The notes: generated by a model from the letters alone, not told the origin. Counted from the whole stretch's first letter, positions 1 through 12,544 are shown. The stretch is 63,528 bases of DNA, filler included, from Pirum gemmata (GCA_002812295.1; 18 parts of 18 records of this genome joined end to end with filler, not necessarily neighbours in it); one strand, 5' to 3'. Program-made: numbers and translations.

Positions 1-597
1 CGGCAGTAGCTATCGATAGTCCTAATCATAATATCATATTATCATAGTCTAAATAATAATAAAAAAAGTTTATTTTATAATATCATCATACTAGTCATTA
101 TTTATTATAACAGAACTATCATATTATTAGTAGTATTCATTATTTAGTTTTATTTAATATCATAATATTATAATAGTGAGTGCTTTCATGGGTTTCATAG
201 AAATCAATAAGAAGGCATACCAATGCACTGAAGTTCCTGGGGATGGTTGTAGTTTAGTATGGTGTTATATTAATTTCTGCTTCACTCGGAGAAGAATCGG
301 GTTAGGGTTAGAGTTAGTCAAGGACTTGAAGTCCTTGGGTTAGTCTACTTGCTCTCAAAAAGTCTAAACTATCCACTGCCTAATAGCACTCTAATAGTGC
401 CTATCTCCAAAATAAAGATAAAAATAAAAATAGTCTAAAAATAAAAATAAAATATTGATAAAAAGAACCAAGTAGCCTCTACGGTCTACCAAGTCGTCTA
501 GTAGAACTCTAGCTAGCTAGTAGACTAGTAGTCTAGTCTACTCGAGGCGATCAGGGTAGGCGATAGCTAGTAGAGATAAATAGTAGTACTATCGATA

Positions 598-782
598 TAG
601 TGCTTTTCAGTTGTTTTGTCGTCATAAAATAAATAATAAATAGTACCAAATTAATACAATATAAATCCATTTAATTTAATTTGGTATATTTTTATATGTA
701 TTTATTGATTTAAAAATGTCAATTTAAATATTATAACCCTCCAAATAAATATTTAGAGTGACAAAATAAATGAAAAGCACGA
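598..782. mobile_element. MITE family A (about 187 bp, TIR T(C/A)GTGCTTTTCA..TTTTGTC, TA TSD)
   Basis: Both TIRs present, TA on both sides; matches the 17088-17274 copy in reverse orientation. Confidence 0.85.
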
Positions 783-854
783 TAGACGGGTCGTAGAACC
801 GAGGGGGTCTACCGCCTACCGCTGAGACTATCGATATTTAGTCTAGAGTTATTA

Positions 855-1061
855 TAGTGCTTTTCACTAGAGGTGCTTTTCAGTAGCTTTTCAGTTGTCT
901 AGATCTTGTCATCATAAAATAGCTCCCAATTAACACAATATAAATCCATTTAATTTAATTTGGTATATTTTATTATCTATGTATTTATTTAAAAATGTCA
1001 ACTTAAATATTATAACCCTCCAAATAAATATTCAGAGTGACAAAATAAATGAAAGGCACGA
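855..1061. mobile_element. MITE family A, copy with scrambled left TIR
   Basis: Body matches 598-782; TIR start repeated three times with CTAG-type joints. Confidence 0.8.
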
Positions 1062-2212
1062 TAGTCTACGATATCTAGCTAGATATTAGTATCGGATACT
1101 AGCTAGGTATCGGATAAGTATCGGATATCAACGTCATACAATACTTACCAGACTTAGATCTACCATTAACCATAGTATTACCATCATCATTCTTGAATAC
1201 CCTCCCTTTTAATGATATTCAATGTTGCGAATAAATACAGTTAAATACCATTAATTATGAGTATGATACTACGATTTTAATTTCATTATGGTTGTACCTA
1301 ATGGTTGTACTGATAGCAAATCCACTAGGTTCTACTAGTAGTGGGTTTTTAGTGTTAATCCCCACCTTTTTTTCAGCCAATTAGATTATGTATATACTGT
1401 TATTTTCCTAGTATTTTCCTGTATTTTATGGTAAAAAGGTAGGAATTAGAAGTGTTCACAACTATTTTGCAGCCTAATAACCCAACAAATGAAAATAAGA
1501 AAAGACATTTGCTCTTAATTAAACAGCTGCGAAAAGCATTAAATTCCTACCATTACCAGTGATTAACCACCACGTTCGATTTGTATTTTGAAGTTGTTTC
1601 TTAGTAAATTCCTATGTTCGAAAGTCGATCAATTAAAATGCCAGAAAGCAAAAATTGGATGCTAACAAGTGTGCAAAAAACAAGGACAAATCTGCTGCAA
1701 AAAATATTGTACTAAATTAATAAAAATACAAGCCATTTTATTCAAACTGGTATGNAAGCCATTTTATTCAAACTGGTATGTTTTTTATATATTTATTAAC
1801 TTTAAAAAGGTCCATTTCAAACTAGTCCATTTCAAATCAAAGACACGGGCAGCACCATTGCGGAACATTGGGAATATAATTCCCAGATATAGATTTAAGG
1901 GTACCGTCTTTCATTTTATCCTCATATTTCCAGGTGTTCCTGTACGAGAGGAACCAAGACGGGTATACAATATTCATCTCTATCTGTCGGAATTTTATTA
2001 TAATACATATCTTTATATATTCCTAATGTATAATAATAATAATAATAATAATAATAAACAAAAAAATAATAAATAAAAAAATAATAAATAAAAAAATAAA
2101 AAATAATAATAATAAAAAATAAAAAATAAAAAATAATAAATAATAATAAATAATAATAAATAATACTAATAAATAATAGATAATAAATAATAATAGATAA
2201 TAAATAATAATA

Positions 2213-2245
<33 letters not shown>

Positions 2246-2979
2246 CTATCAATCGGTGCGCAATTACTGTAAACCGGCGGGTCAAATACCAAAACGGTAG
2301 CTTTTCTACGTTCAAACTCTCCAATAATGGCACAAACTAACGAAAGGGCTGCGATAATTAAACCCGAAACAATTTTTTGCGGAGCCGTAACTTCGGAGCC
2401 TTTAAGTTTTTCAATAGCAGGAAAAATAATAATTTTAAAAATTGGAATAAAAATCAAAATAGCAATACCATCTGCAATACTAAAAAACGAACCGTTTAAT
2501 TGATTATTAGGATTACTTCCAAGTCTAATATCAGACTGACATGCCTAAATTATATAATATGTAGATTAGAATCAATTATAATAGTGGTGGTGGTTGTAAT
2601 GTCGAAGTAGTAGTAGAGGTGGTGGTGGTATGGAAGTAGTGGTGGTGGATGTGTGGAAGTGGTAATAGTAGTGGTGGTGGTGGTGGTGTGGAATGGTGTG
2701 GAAGTGTTAGTAGTAGTAGTAGTAGTGGCGGTGGTGGTGGTAATAGAACTAGTAATAGTGAAAGTAATAGTAATAGTAGTAGTAGTAGTAGTAGTAATAA
2801 TAGTAATAATAGTAATAATAGTAGTAGTAGTAGTAATAATAGTAATTGTAGTAGTGGCAGTAGTAATAGTTGTAGTAGTAGTAATAATAGTAGTAATAAT
2901 AGTAATAGTAATAGTGGTAGTAGTAGTAATAGCAGTAGTATTAATAATAATTAATCTTACCTGACTTTGATAAGGACCG
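2246..2979 (-). CDS. POT/PTR (NRT1/PTR) proton-dependent oligopeptide transporter, partial; exons 2979-2961 and 2544-2246
   Basis: Spliced translation GPYQSQ|ACQSDIRLG...FSIADGIAILIFIPIFKIIIFPAIEKLKGSEVTAPQKIVSGLIIAALSLVCAIIGEFERR matches the POT C-terminal-half helices; canonical GT-AG sites, phase-compatible. Confidence 0.8.
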
Positions 2980-3072
2980 CTGTGATAATGTTTTAATAAA
3001 AAATAAGAAAAAGAAAAATTAATAAAACGATTTATAAACTAAATTTATTTATTTATTTATTTATTTATTTAT

Positions 3073-3172
3073 NNNNNNNNNNNNNNNNNNNNNNNNNNNN
3101 NNNNNNNNNNNNNNNNTTAATTAATTAANNNNNNNNNNNNNNNNNNNNNNNNNNNNNNNNNNNNNNNNNNNN
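3073..3172. other. Artificial scaffold linker N44-TTAATTAATTAA-N44 (first of 17; others start at 6272, 9441, 14727, 17871, 21066, 24267, 27430, 30569, 34664, 38333, 41491, 47653, 50846, 53995, 57169, 60337)
   Basis: Identical 100-nt unit with stops in all six frames, recurring about every 3 kb. Confidence 0.97.
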
Positions 3173-3324
3173 TTTTTTTTTTTATTTTTTTTTTTTTAAC
3201 ATATCAATAGTCTTTCAAGACTCTTTCAAATTTCTTGAAACAGCTGTTTCAGTTTTTTTGGAATGTAGATTTTTTAAACGATAAGATGGAGAAAAAAAAA
3301 AAGAAAAAGAAAAGTAATCCTTAA

Positions 3325-3409
3325 CCATACTTGAATTTGACGTCACAGCTACTAATTAATTTTTTTCGTGGTCAGATTACATCCCACTGGGACCTAAATT
3401 CAAGTATGG
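3325..3409. mobile_element. 85-bp piggyBac-like mini-element
   Basis: TTAA|CCATACTTGAATTT ... AAATTCAAGTATGG|TTAA: perfect 14-bp TIR with CC/GG ends and TTAA flanks. Confidence 0.6.
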
Positions 3410-3431
3410 TTAAGCCCATGAAAATGTTCTT

Positions 3432-3464
<33 letters not shown>

Positions 3465-6400
3465 ACTGCTAGCTTTCACTACTTGTTTTTTCAAAAATCT
3501 GGTTTTATAGATTTTTTTGTATGCAGTCTAACATAGACTGACAGACTACGTGAAAACCACGATACTTTATTGAATTTTTTAATAACCGAGTTTAAGACTG
3601 CCCCCAAAAAAAATTGAATGAGTACTGCCCCCAAAAAAAATTGAATGAGTACAGCTCAAATTTTTTGAACAAGTTGCTCATTTGAAAAATTCGAACAAAC
3701 GAATAATATTTTTTTTTGGTGCAGTTTCTACTCAGTTATAAAAAAATGAGATAAGTAGGTTACCAATTAACTAGCCAGGGCGCTTAAAGGAAAATAATTT
3801 ACCTATAGATTCCTTTTTTACTAACTTTTCATCCAAGTTATTCATATTAAATCTATTATTAATATTATATTATCGATATTTATAGCGGATACACATAGTA
3901 GAAAGGGAATAGAAAAGTAAAGATATAAAATAATAATACAATAAACTAAAAACAAAATATTATATTTATATATTATTATAGCCTAGTTTAAAATATTTAT
4001 AAAATTTAATAATATCTTGAGTTGATATGATAGTATGATACTATAAAAATGAAAAAAAGTGAAGAAAAACTGAAAAAAAAAAGTGAAAAAAACTCACGCT
4101 AAAAAATGAAAAAAAAAACAATTCGAACAGTATTCGAACTATTAATAATTTGGTATAAATACGCATATGTCCTTCTCATTAGTTTTTTAAACAGTGCAAT
4201 AGGGGTGAGGTTTCAGGATCGGCATCTACTCTCCTGGAGCTGTTTTAAGAAGGAACTTTTCAGGGAACCCCATTTTTTTCTTTGACATGTGCTCGCTTTT
4301 CATATGGAACTGATTAAAATTTTAATAATTCTATATCCAATTTAAGTATCTACCACTAGAATAGTCTATAAAAAACATAAAAAAGTACTTTTTGTTTTTT
4401 AGTGTTTTTTTAGAACTTTTTTTAGCTTTTTGTCAACTTTTTTTAGTGTTTTCTTTTTTTTTTTTTTTGTTATTCTTGACTAGGCTTAATAAAAGCATGA
4501 GAACTACACTGGTTGGTAAACTATATCATTATAATACATTAATATTGCTATTGTTATCAGTATAATGATTATACATAAATTGCATGGGGTTTCCTAATTA
4601 ACTAATTATATTATAATACATTTAATATCACGATCAGCTCTTAACCTTAACCGCTACATATGCATTATAGTTATTATTATTATTAAATGAATATATAATA
4701 AAAGATATGGAACAGGACTGGTTATGGTTATGGTTATGGGTTATGGTTATGGTTATGGTTTTTCCTAAATTAATTAATTATATTTCATTATAATACATTA
4801 ATGCTGGTATATTGTTATAATTATATATTATAATTATATGTATTATCATTATCGTTATAAATGATATCATTGTCATGATATTATCATGATCTATTGAATA
4901 TCATTGTCATTATCATTAAATTATAGATCAGTAATGTATCAATTATACTATAATAATATCATATATATAGACTATAACATTATATTGTTTATATCATTAT
5001 AGATATCGTTATCGTTATCATTTATTATTAAAATCAAGATCAATATCATTAATTACATATAATTACCAATATCAGTATTATTGTCAATATCGATTAGCCT
5101 TACAATGAAAATTAAATAAGTATTAACTAACAAGTAAGTTAATACTAAGTTAACAAGTGTTAAGTAACAAGTTGATTAATTGTTAACTTAATAATTATCA
5201 AGTAATTATCATCGATGAGGCCATCATATCAATATTACTAACGTAGTAGATTATCCAAATTTACTAATCACATTTAATTATGGAATTTTGTGGTGGACAA
5301 TTGGTTACTATAAATGTTAATATTTATAAGCAATGAATATCCTCTCAAAAAAGTTCCCAAAATCTGGTCTAAATACGGCAATAGCGAACTTCATTACTTA
5401 TGGAATCTGATTTTTTTTTTTCAAGTCAAGTGCTAAAAATTATTAGTAGTTCCATATGTTTACTCATGGAACTAACAGGGCTCCAGAGAAAAATTTCCGT
5501 AGAATATGCTTGAAAAAAAGTTCCCCACACATCTCACCCCTACTAATAACAATGAAAAAAAAATAACCATAATCATTAATTATAATTCGATAATGGGTTA
5601 TTTAACTGTTCTCGACAAAAAATGTGAGAGGGTAGATCTTTTATTAATCAAAAAATAGCGAAGATGGACATTGAACTCGGTTTCTTCATTGGGGTTAATT
5701 CGTAATAAGTCAAGAGCTTTTTTTTGTTCAAATTATAATAGAATTGATACTATTCGCTTATAGTTTAAAATAATAATTGATATTAACGCTGCAATACATT
5801 AACTAATAATAATCCTATATTTTACAAGGCTTTATCATCCAGTTGTTAACCTTGTCATTGTAATTGTTTTTTTTGACTTTCCAACCGTTGTTAATCCATG
5901 GTTTATTTTAACACGAGACGTATTGAATTGTTCAACAGAATTCGTGCTCAAAGAAGAGGAGGCTACTATCCTTTTTCCTTTCGTTTTCTGTAAGTCACAA
6001 TTACATATATAAATAAATTAAAAATCCATTCATGACAAAATTAAAGTGCTAAACAACCAAACAAATAATAACAATCTTTATTTAAATTAACGGTCAATAT
6101 TCATCTTAACAATGATAAATAATAAATAAAATAATAAAATAAAACTTTTAAAAAAATAACGCCTACAACAACATCATTATCATTATTCGTGGTTAATCAC
6201 AACAATAATAACAATAATAATAATAAATAATAAATAATAAATAAATAAAGAATAAAAAATATATATATAAANNNNNNNNNNNNNNNNNNNNNNNNNNNNN
6301 NNNNNNNNNNNNNNNTTAATTAATTAANNNNNNNNNNNNNNNNNNNNNNNNNNNNNNNNNNNNNNNNNNNNTTATTATTATGTAATTTATAGTTGCGTAT

Positions 6401-6690
6401 CGTAATAATAATAAAAATTCTATTACTTTTTTGGGCCTATATTATAATGGACTAGGAGAGTTTTTGAAGCTGAACTGGAGGCTTATCATAGGATGTGTGA
6501 TGCTTTAGAAGGTTTGAAAGAGAAGTTTGAAATGATATTCTTTTTTTTTTCGGGTTTGAAGTCTTCCTATGAAATTTCTAGGAATTTTTTAAGCATTTTT
6601 TAATGAATTCAAAAGTGAGTCAATACTTAAAATTAGATCGAAAAATTCGAAAAATTCGAACTATTCTCGATTCGATTGTTTTTCCCAATT

Positions 6691-8265
6691 GGTGCCCACC
6701 TCATTTTTTTTTTTAGAAAAAAATAACCCAAAATAATAAACTATTCAACCATATTTTTTAAAAAATTTAACCCGGGATAATAAAACTGGGCTTGGTTCAA
6801 TTTGGACGAGTTTTTGGAACTGACATTTTGTTGTTTATAAGGTGTCTCAATTCATTTCTTTAAAATTTTAACCATAATAAAATTAAACTCAATTTAATCT
6901 GATGTCAGTTATAGTTCTACATTATGTTCCTAAGGCGCCCGCCTCATTTTTTTTTTTTTAAAAAAAAATTAACCCAAAATAATAAACTATTCCACCACAT
7001 TTTTTAAAAAATTTGAAGATGGATAATAAAACTGGGCTTGGTTCAATTTTGACGTCAGTTCCACAACTTTTTGCTGTTTATAAATCCCATTTCATTTTCT
7101 TTAAATTCTTAATTAACTCAAGATAATAAAACTAAACTTGGTTTAATTATTAGTCATAGTTCTAGATTTTGTTACTAAGGCCCCCTCATTAAAAATTAAC
7201 CCAAAATAATAAACTATTCCACCACATTTTCTTAAATTTTTAGCCGGGGATAATAAAACCGAGATTGGTTCAATTTCGACGTCAGTTCCATATTTTTTTT
7301 CTTTAAATTTCTAACCCAGAATAATTAAATATAATTTTCCCACCGAGTTTGAATTAGAAATGGTATATGGTTTTCTGCTCCAACCACTTGAATGTAGTCG
7401 GATTGATTTTCACTTTTTTTTAACCTTCTAACATCGATATCTAATAAAACAAGGAGTAGGATTAGCGTTAGGGTTAGGGGGAAGGGTTAGGGGTGAAGGG
7501 TGAGGGTGAAGGGTGAAGGGTGAAGGGTGAAGGGTGAAGGGTGAGGATGAGGGTAAATGTGCCTCATATATAATATAAATTAACACAATATAATAAACTA
7601 TTCCACCTCAATTTTTTAAAATTTTAACCCAATAAAACTAAACATAGTTTAACTCTGACGTCAGCTATAGTTCTACATTTTTTTCCTAAGGTGCCCGCCT
7701 CATTAAAATAATTAACCCAAATAATCAAACTATTCTACCTCAGTGTTTTAAAATTTTAACCTTGGATAACAAAAACGAGCTTGGTTCAATTTTTGACGTC
7801 AGTTCCACAACATTTTGTTGTTTATAAAGGTACAAGGTGTCCCAATTCATTTCTTTAAAATTTTAACTCGATAATAAAACTAAACTTTGTTTAATTCTGA
7901 TGTCAGTTAAAGTTCTACATTTTGTTCATAAGGTGTCCGCCTCACTAAAAAAATAACCCAAAATAATAAACTATTCCATCACATTTTCTTAAAATTTTAA
8001 CCGGGGACAATAAAACCGAGCTTGGTTCAATTTTGACGTCAGTTCCATATTTTGTTGTTGATAAGGTATCCCATTTCATTTTCTTTAAAATTTTAACCCG
8101 GGATAATTAAATATAATTTGTCCACCGAGTTTGAATTAGAAATAGTACATGGTTTTCTACACCAAGCACTTGAATAAGCAGCATAAATATAGTCGGATTG
8201 ATTTTCACTTTTTTTCAAACTGTCTAACATCGATATCTAATAAAACAAGGAGTGGAATTAGGGCT
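6691..8265. repeat. Degenerate tandem repeat, about 240-250-bp unit, with a higher-order duplication (about 7180-7470 repeated at 7932-8265)
   Basis: Unit-start motif GC(C)CGCCTCAT..AACCCAAAATAATAAACTATTC recurs near 6691, 6935, 7180, 7560, 7691 and 7932. Confidence 0.8.
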
Positions 8266-8787
8266 AGGATGAGGGTGAAGTGTGAGCGTAAAGTGTGAGG
8301 GTGAGGGTGAAGGATGAATATGAAGGATGAGGGTGAAGGGTGAAGGTGAAGGGTAAAGGGTGAGGATGAAGGGTAAATGTGATGGTAATAGTGAGGATGA
8401 GGCTGAGGCTGAGGGTAAGGGTAAGAGTAAGGGTAAGAGTAAGGATGTGAGTTAGGGTTAGGGTTAGGGTTAGGCTTTCGACAGCAGTGGTCTCTTGTCT
8501 GGGCTTCAAAAAAAAAAAAAAGTTAATTTGTCCTAATTTGGGAAAGTATCGAAAAAAAAAGTTAATTTGTCCTAATTTGGCAGAATATCGACACCAACAC
8601 AAAAACACTTCCCACGGCATAAAAAAATTGGTTGATGGTCTCCACCTGGGGTCTTGATTTTTTTTCTGAAGGGAACAAACAAGGGACAAGGCAAAATTTT
8701 TAGGTTCATCGAATTAGTGACAGACCAAAAAAAATTATTTGGTCGGTACCCTGTATTTTGGTCGTTGACCTTTATCCTCCAATTATA

Positions 8788-8819
<32 letters not shown>

Positions 8820-9398
8820 TATATAAGGAAAGTCTAATACCGGTAGCGGCGGTGGGCGGCGGTAGCTACTAGCTACTAACCTAGAAATGACGTAAGAAAT
8901 AATTATTCTGAGGTAATTATGACGTTATTGTTTCATTATTATTATGTTATTATTTGATGCTACCTATAAATGACGTAAGAAATAATTATCATGACGTAAT
9001 TATGACGTTTTTGTTTCATTATTATTATGTTATTATTTGATATTATTTGATATTATTTATTTATTATTATTATTATTAATATTATTATCATTTTATTGCA
9101 ATTATTACTATATAACCATAGCCATAGCCATAACTATAACTATAAGCATAACCATAATTATTGTAATTATTATTATTATTATATAACCATAACTATAACT
9201 ATAACCATAACCAAAACCAAAACCAAAACCGAAACCATAACCATAACCATAACCAAAAGACCACCGACAGAGACAACTGCTGTGGCAAGTTTTTGTCGGT
9301 TGCCTCCAAACAAAAGTCAGTAAAAAAAAAAATTGATGGCACAACATCTTCTATTTTATTGGCCAATTTTTTATCAAAGCCCACAGACAAGAGACAAC

Positions 9399-9440
9399 TT
9401 TAGGGTTATGATTAGGGTTAGGGTTAGGGTTAGGGTTAGG
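9399..9440 (+). repeat. (TTAGGG)n at scaffold end
   Basis: TTAGGG array running into the linker; either a telomere or an assembly break at an interstitial array. Confidence 0.7.
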
Positions 9441-9917
9441 NNNNNNNNNNNNNNNNNNNNNNNNNNNNNNNNNNNNNNNNNNNNTTAATTAATTAANNNN
9501 NNNNNNNNNNNNNNNNNNNNNNNNNNNNNNNNNNNNNNNNATTATTATTATTATTATTATTATTAATGATAATGATAATAAATAATAATAAATTATTATT
9601 ATATTAATAGCTATCAGATATTGTTAGTATCGTAGGAGAGTTAGAACTTCAAAGAACTAGTAGACTATCATATCCGATAATAAAAAAAATAAGAAAAGAG
9701 CTCTAGCTAGCTAGCTAGTACTACAGGTGGGGTTCTTGCCATCTTTTTGGTTAGAAGTCTAGCTAGCTAGGGTTAGAAGTAGTTAGCTACTAGACTATCA
9801 GATAGCTAGTAGCTAATCTCTAGTAGCTAGCTAGAGCTGTAAAGGTGCTACTCAGACTCAGTGGTAGATGGCCAAAAAGCAAAATCATATCCGATACTTC
9901 AAAGTATTAATTAAATA

Positions 9918-9928
9918 CTATATATAAA
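9918..9928 (+). promoter_or_regulatory. Candidate TATA box for the 10060 gene
   Basis: CTATATATAAA about 135 bp upstream of the ATG, followed by an A-rich leader; weak evidence given the AT-rich background. Confidence 0.35.
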
Positions 9929-10059
9929 CAACGAAATTCAACAACAAAAGACAACAAAATAAACTACAAATAAATTTATAACAAATCACAAAAATAAATT
10001 AATAAAAATCCTATCTATTATAATACTCGATAATAACAGCTATAATAACAATAATAATC

Positions 10060-10989
10060 ATGATGTTTTCCGTCGCCACCAGCGTTCTTGTTTTAGCTTC
10101 TGTAGCTTCTGGTTATAATATCAATACTCATTATGAAAAGAAATGGGCTTGTGAAAAGAATTTTCATTACAAAGGTTCTCATTCCAGTAACGGTTACACT
10201 GATAAGTTTTGCTCTAAACAATACTGTCTGAATAAAGACCCTAAGAATTACCCTGCCCAAGGTTGTTTTTACGCTGGTTTAACTGATTATGGTAAAAAGA
10301 ACTACAAACAATGTGAATGTTGGGAAGTAGGAAAGAAACACCATGTTATCAAACCAAAGGAGAGAAAATACAAATCGTATAAAAAGTACAAAACATATCA
10401 AAACTCTGTTGACTACAAACCACACAAACCTGAGCCTAAAGGTGATGACTATGAATGGAAATGTTATTCCAACGACGATTACCGCGGTAGCCATTCCACT
10501 TTGGGTTATGATGATAACTTTTGCACCAACTCTTATTGCTTAAACGGAGAAGGATTTGGTCCTGCCATGAACGGAGCGCCAGGCTGTTGGTATAAAGGTA
10601 TCACCAAACACAAGAAACACTTGAAACAGTGTCTATGTTATAAAGAAGATGGGTACGATGTCGATGAACCTGAGTACAAGGAACCTGAACCCGAGTACAA
10701 GGAACCTGAACCTGAGTACAAGGAACCTGAACCTGATTACGAGGAACCTGAACCTGAGTACAAGGAACCTGAACCTGATTACGAGGAACCTGAACCTGAG
10801 TACAAGGAACCTGAACCTGATTATGAGGAACCTGAACCTGAATATAAGGAACCTGAACCAAAGATTTACAAACATAAACCTACGACTTACAAACATGAAC
10901 CTAAAACTTACAAACACGAGCCTAAACCTGACACTTACGCGCCTGAATATGATGATGATGATGATGGTGAATACGAACTTGACTATTAA
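10060..10989 (+). CDS. Secreted Tyr/Lys-rich protein with two 6-Cys modules and EPEPEYK/EPEPDYE heptad repeats (probable wall/extracellular structural protein)
   Basis: Intact 309-aa ORF with hydrophobic signal peptide (MMFSVATSVLVLASVASG), internally duplicated Cys module, and GC content higher than the flanks. Confidence 0.9.
   Translation: MMFSVATSVLVLASVASGYNINTHYEKKWACEKNFHYKGSHSSNGYTDKFCSKQYCLNKDPKNYPAQGCFYAGLTDYGKKNYKQCECWEVGKKHHVIKPKERKYKSYKKYKTYQNSVDYKPHKPEPKGDDYEWKCYSNDDYRGSHSTLGYDDNFCTNSYCLNGEGFGPAMNGAPGCWYKGITKHKKHLKQCLCYKEDGYDVDEPEYKEPEPEYKEPEPEYKEPEPDYEEPEPEYKEPEPDYEEPEPEYKEPEPDYEEPEPEYKEPEPKIYKHKPTTYKHEPKTYKHEPKPDTYAPEYDDDDDGEYELDY
10666..10860 (+). repeat. 21-bp coding tandem repeat (about 9 units, EPEPEYK/EPEPDYE)
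   Basis: GAACCTGAACCTGAGTACAAG and GAACCTGAACCTGATTACGAG units. Confidence 0.95.
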
Positions 10990-12189
10990 ATTGTGTATGT
11001 AATACGAAAAATTGAAACTTAATTAAAAAATAAAAGTGATTTAAAACCATGCATATATGGCATATATAATATAAATATGTAGTTGTAAAGTTTAAATATA
11101 ATATTTATATATATATAGTTGTAAAGTTTAAATATTTATTCTAAATTTATATTGTAATTCAACAACTTATTGTTGGAGGGGCAATAATTTTTGGCTATAC
11201 TCAGTATACTGTAATAAAAAAGGTTAAAAATTAAAATAAAAGTTCAGGTTCTCGAAAATTAATTATCTTATAAAAGGATATGATTGGTACATATTTTGCT
11301 GATAAACCGTAATGTTATATTATTGGTCATGGACGACTATTTCATATCCCATAAAGCTAGGGTGTACTAGTTATTGTTTTTATATAAGACATTATAATTA
11401 GATTTGCATTATAAATCAATAAAACCTAAGAAACTATTATTGAATTTTACATAAAAGTCTTTTTCTAAATATATAGTTTTTCGCCTTTTTTTTTTTTGCA
11501 CTGTGCATCATTTTGGCGGTTGTTTTATATTATTATTATAACTCACTCCTTTACTGGAGGTCGAATAAGAATCACTAGTCAAATAAGAATCACTAGTAGT
11601 ACTTTATTATATAATATATAATATCTTTACCCCCATTAAAGTTTGTGTGCAATTAAAAGTTATTATTATTAATATTTATATTGGTATTAATTAATAATAT
11701 TAATACAGTATAACTCTTATTACTTAAAAACTCTTATACCATATGCACACACCCAGCTCATCCAGCTGCATACACCTCTACTAGCTAGTATCATAATTTA
11801 TATAATATACATTGTCTTTATATATATGGCTTCCTCATCTTCCTCATCTTCCCCCGACTCAGCGCGTTGCAGTTTTAAATTATATTATTATATATTATAT
11901 ATATTAGTTGATTGAATTTATTGATGTGTTTTATTATTCTGATGCTTAGATAATTTGAATATTCTGGGTGCTTGTTTTCCCCATAAGAGGTATAGTATAC
12001 CGGGGTATTGTTAGTATTTGTCCCGTTGACTCCCTAACCCTAACCCTAACCCTAACCCTACTACTATACGCCACCATGAGGTCAGTCTGACGCCACATGA
12101 TTTTGAAATATTTTTTTAGTCTACTAGTACTCTATCGGTAGTTCAGTCCACTCTCTAGACTATCTGATAGTTGCTGTCATTATTAGCTA

Positions 12190-12300
12190 TCGTGCATTTC
12201 ATCTATTTTGTCACTCTGAATATTTATTTGGAGGGTTATAATCTTAAAATTGACATTTTTAAATCAATATATAGATTGACAAAACAACTGAAAAGCACTA
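12190..12300. mobile_element. MITE family A, internally deleted
   Basis: Both TIRs and TA flanks; centre missing. Confidence 0.75.
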
Positions 12301-12544
12301 TAATTAATTAATTATAAACGTTAGTTAAGGATTTTTTTTACTATTAAACGTAACGCCAATTTCCGGTCAAATACAGTTTCAAGTACCCCTACCTACCTAC
12401 CCCTCGACGTTAATTTCTGGTCAAATACCACCTATCTACCTACCCCTTGACCCCCTAACTGTGGTAATAGTAAAAATGCACGAGTGAACAAAAAAAANNN
12501 NNNNNNNNNNNNNNNNNNNNNNNNNNNNNNNNNNNNNNNTGCTA

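Noticed and set aside
1837..2022. Minus-strand frame EYIKIC...YPSWFLSYRNTWKYEDK...QWCCPCL* as the next POT exon
   Set aside because: Wrong phase and no POT similarity; may be an exon of another gene but unsupported.
5850..5990. Exon-like patch open on both strands; likewise the Asn-rich frame at 30669-30950
   Set aside because: Strand ambiguous or low complexity; no motif.
10279..11002. Overlapping alternative-frame ORFs within the 10060 gene
   Set aside because: Shadow frames of the 21-bp repeat.
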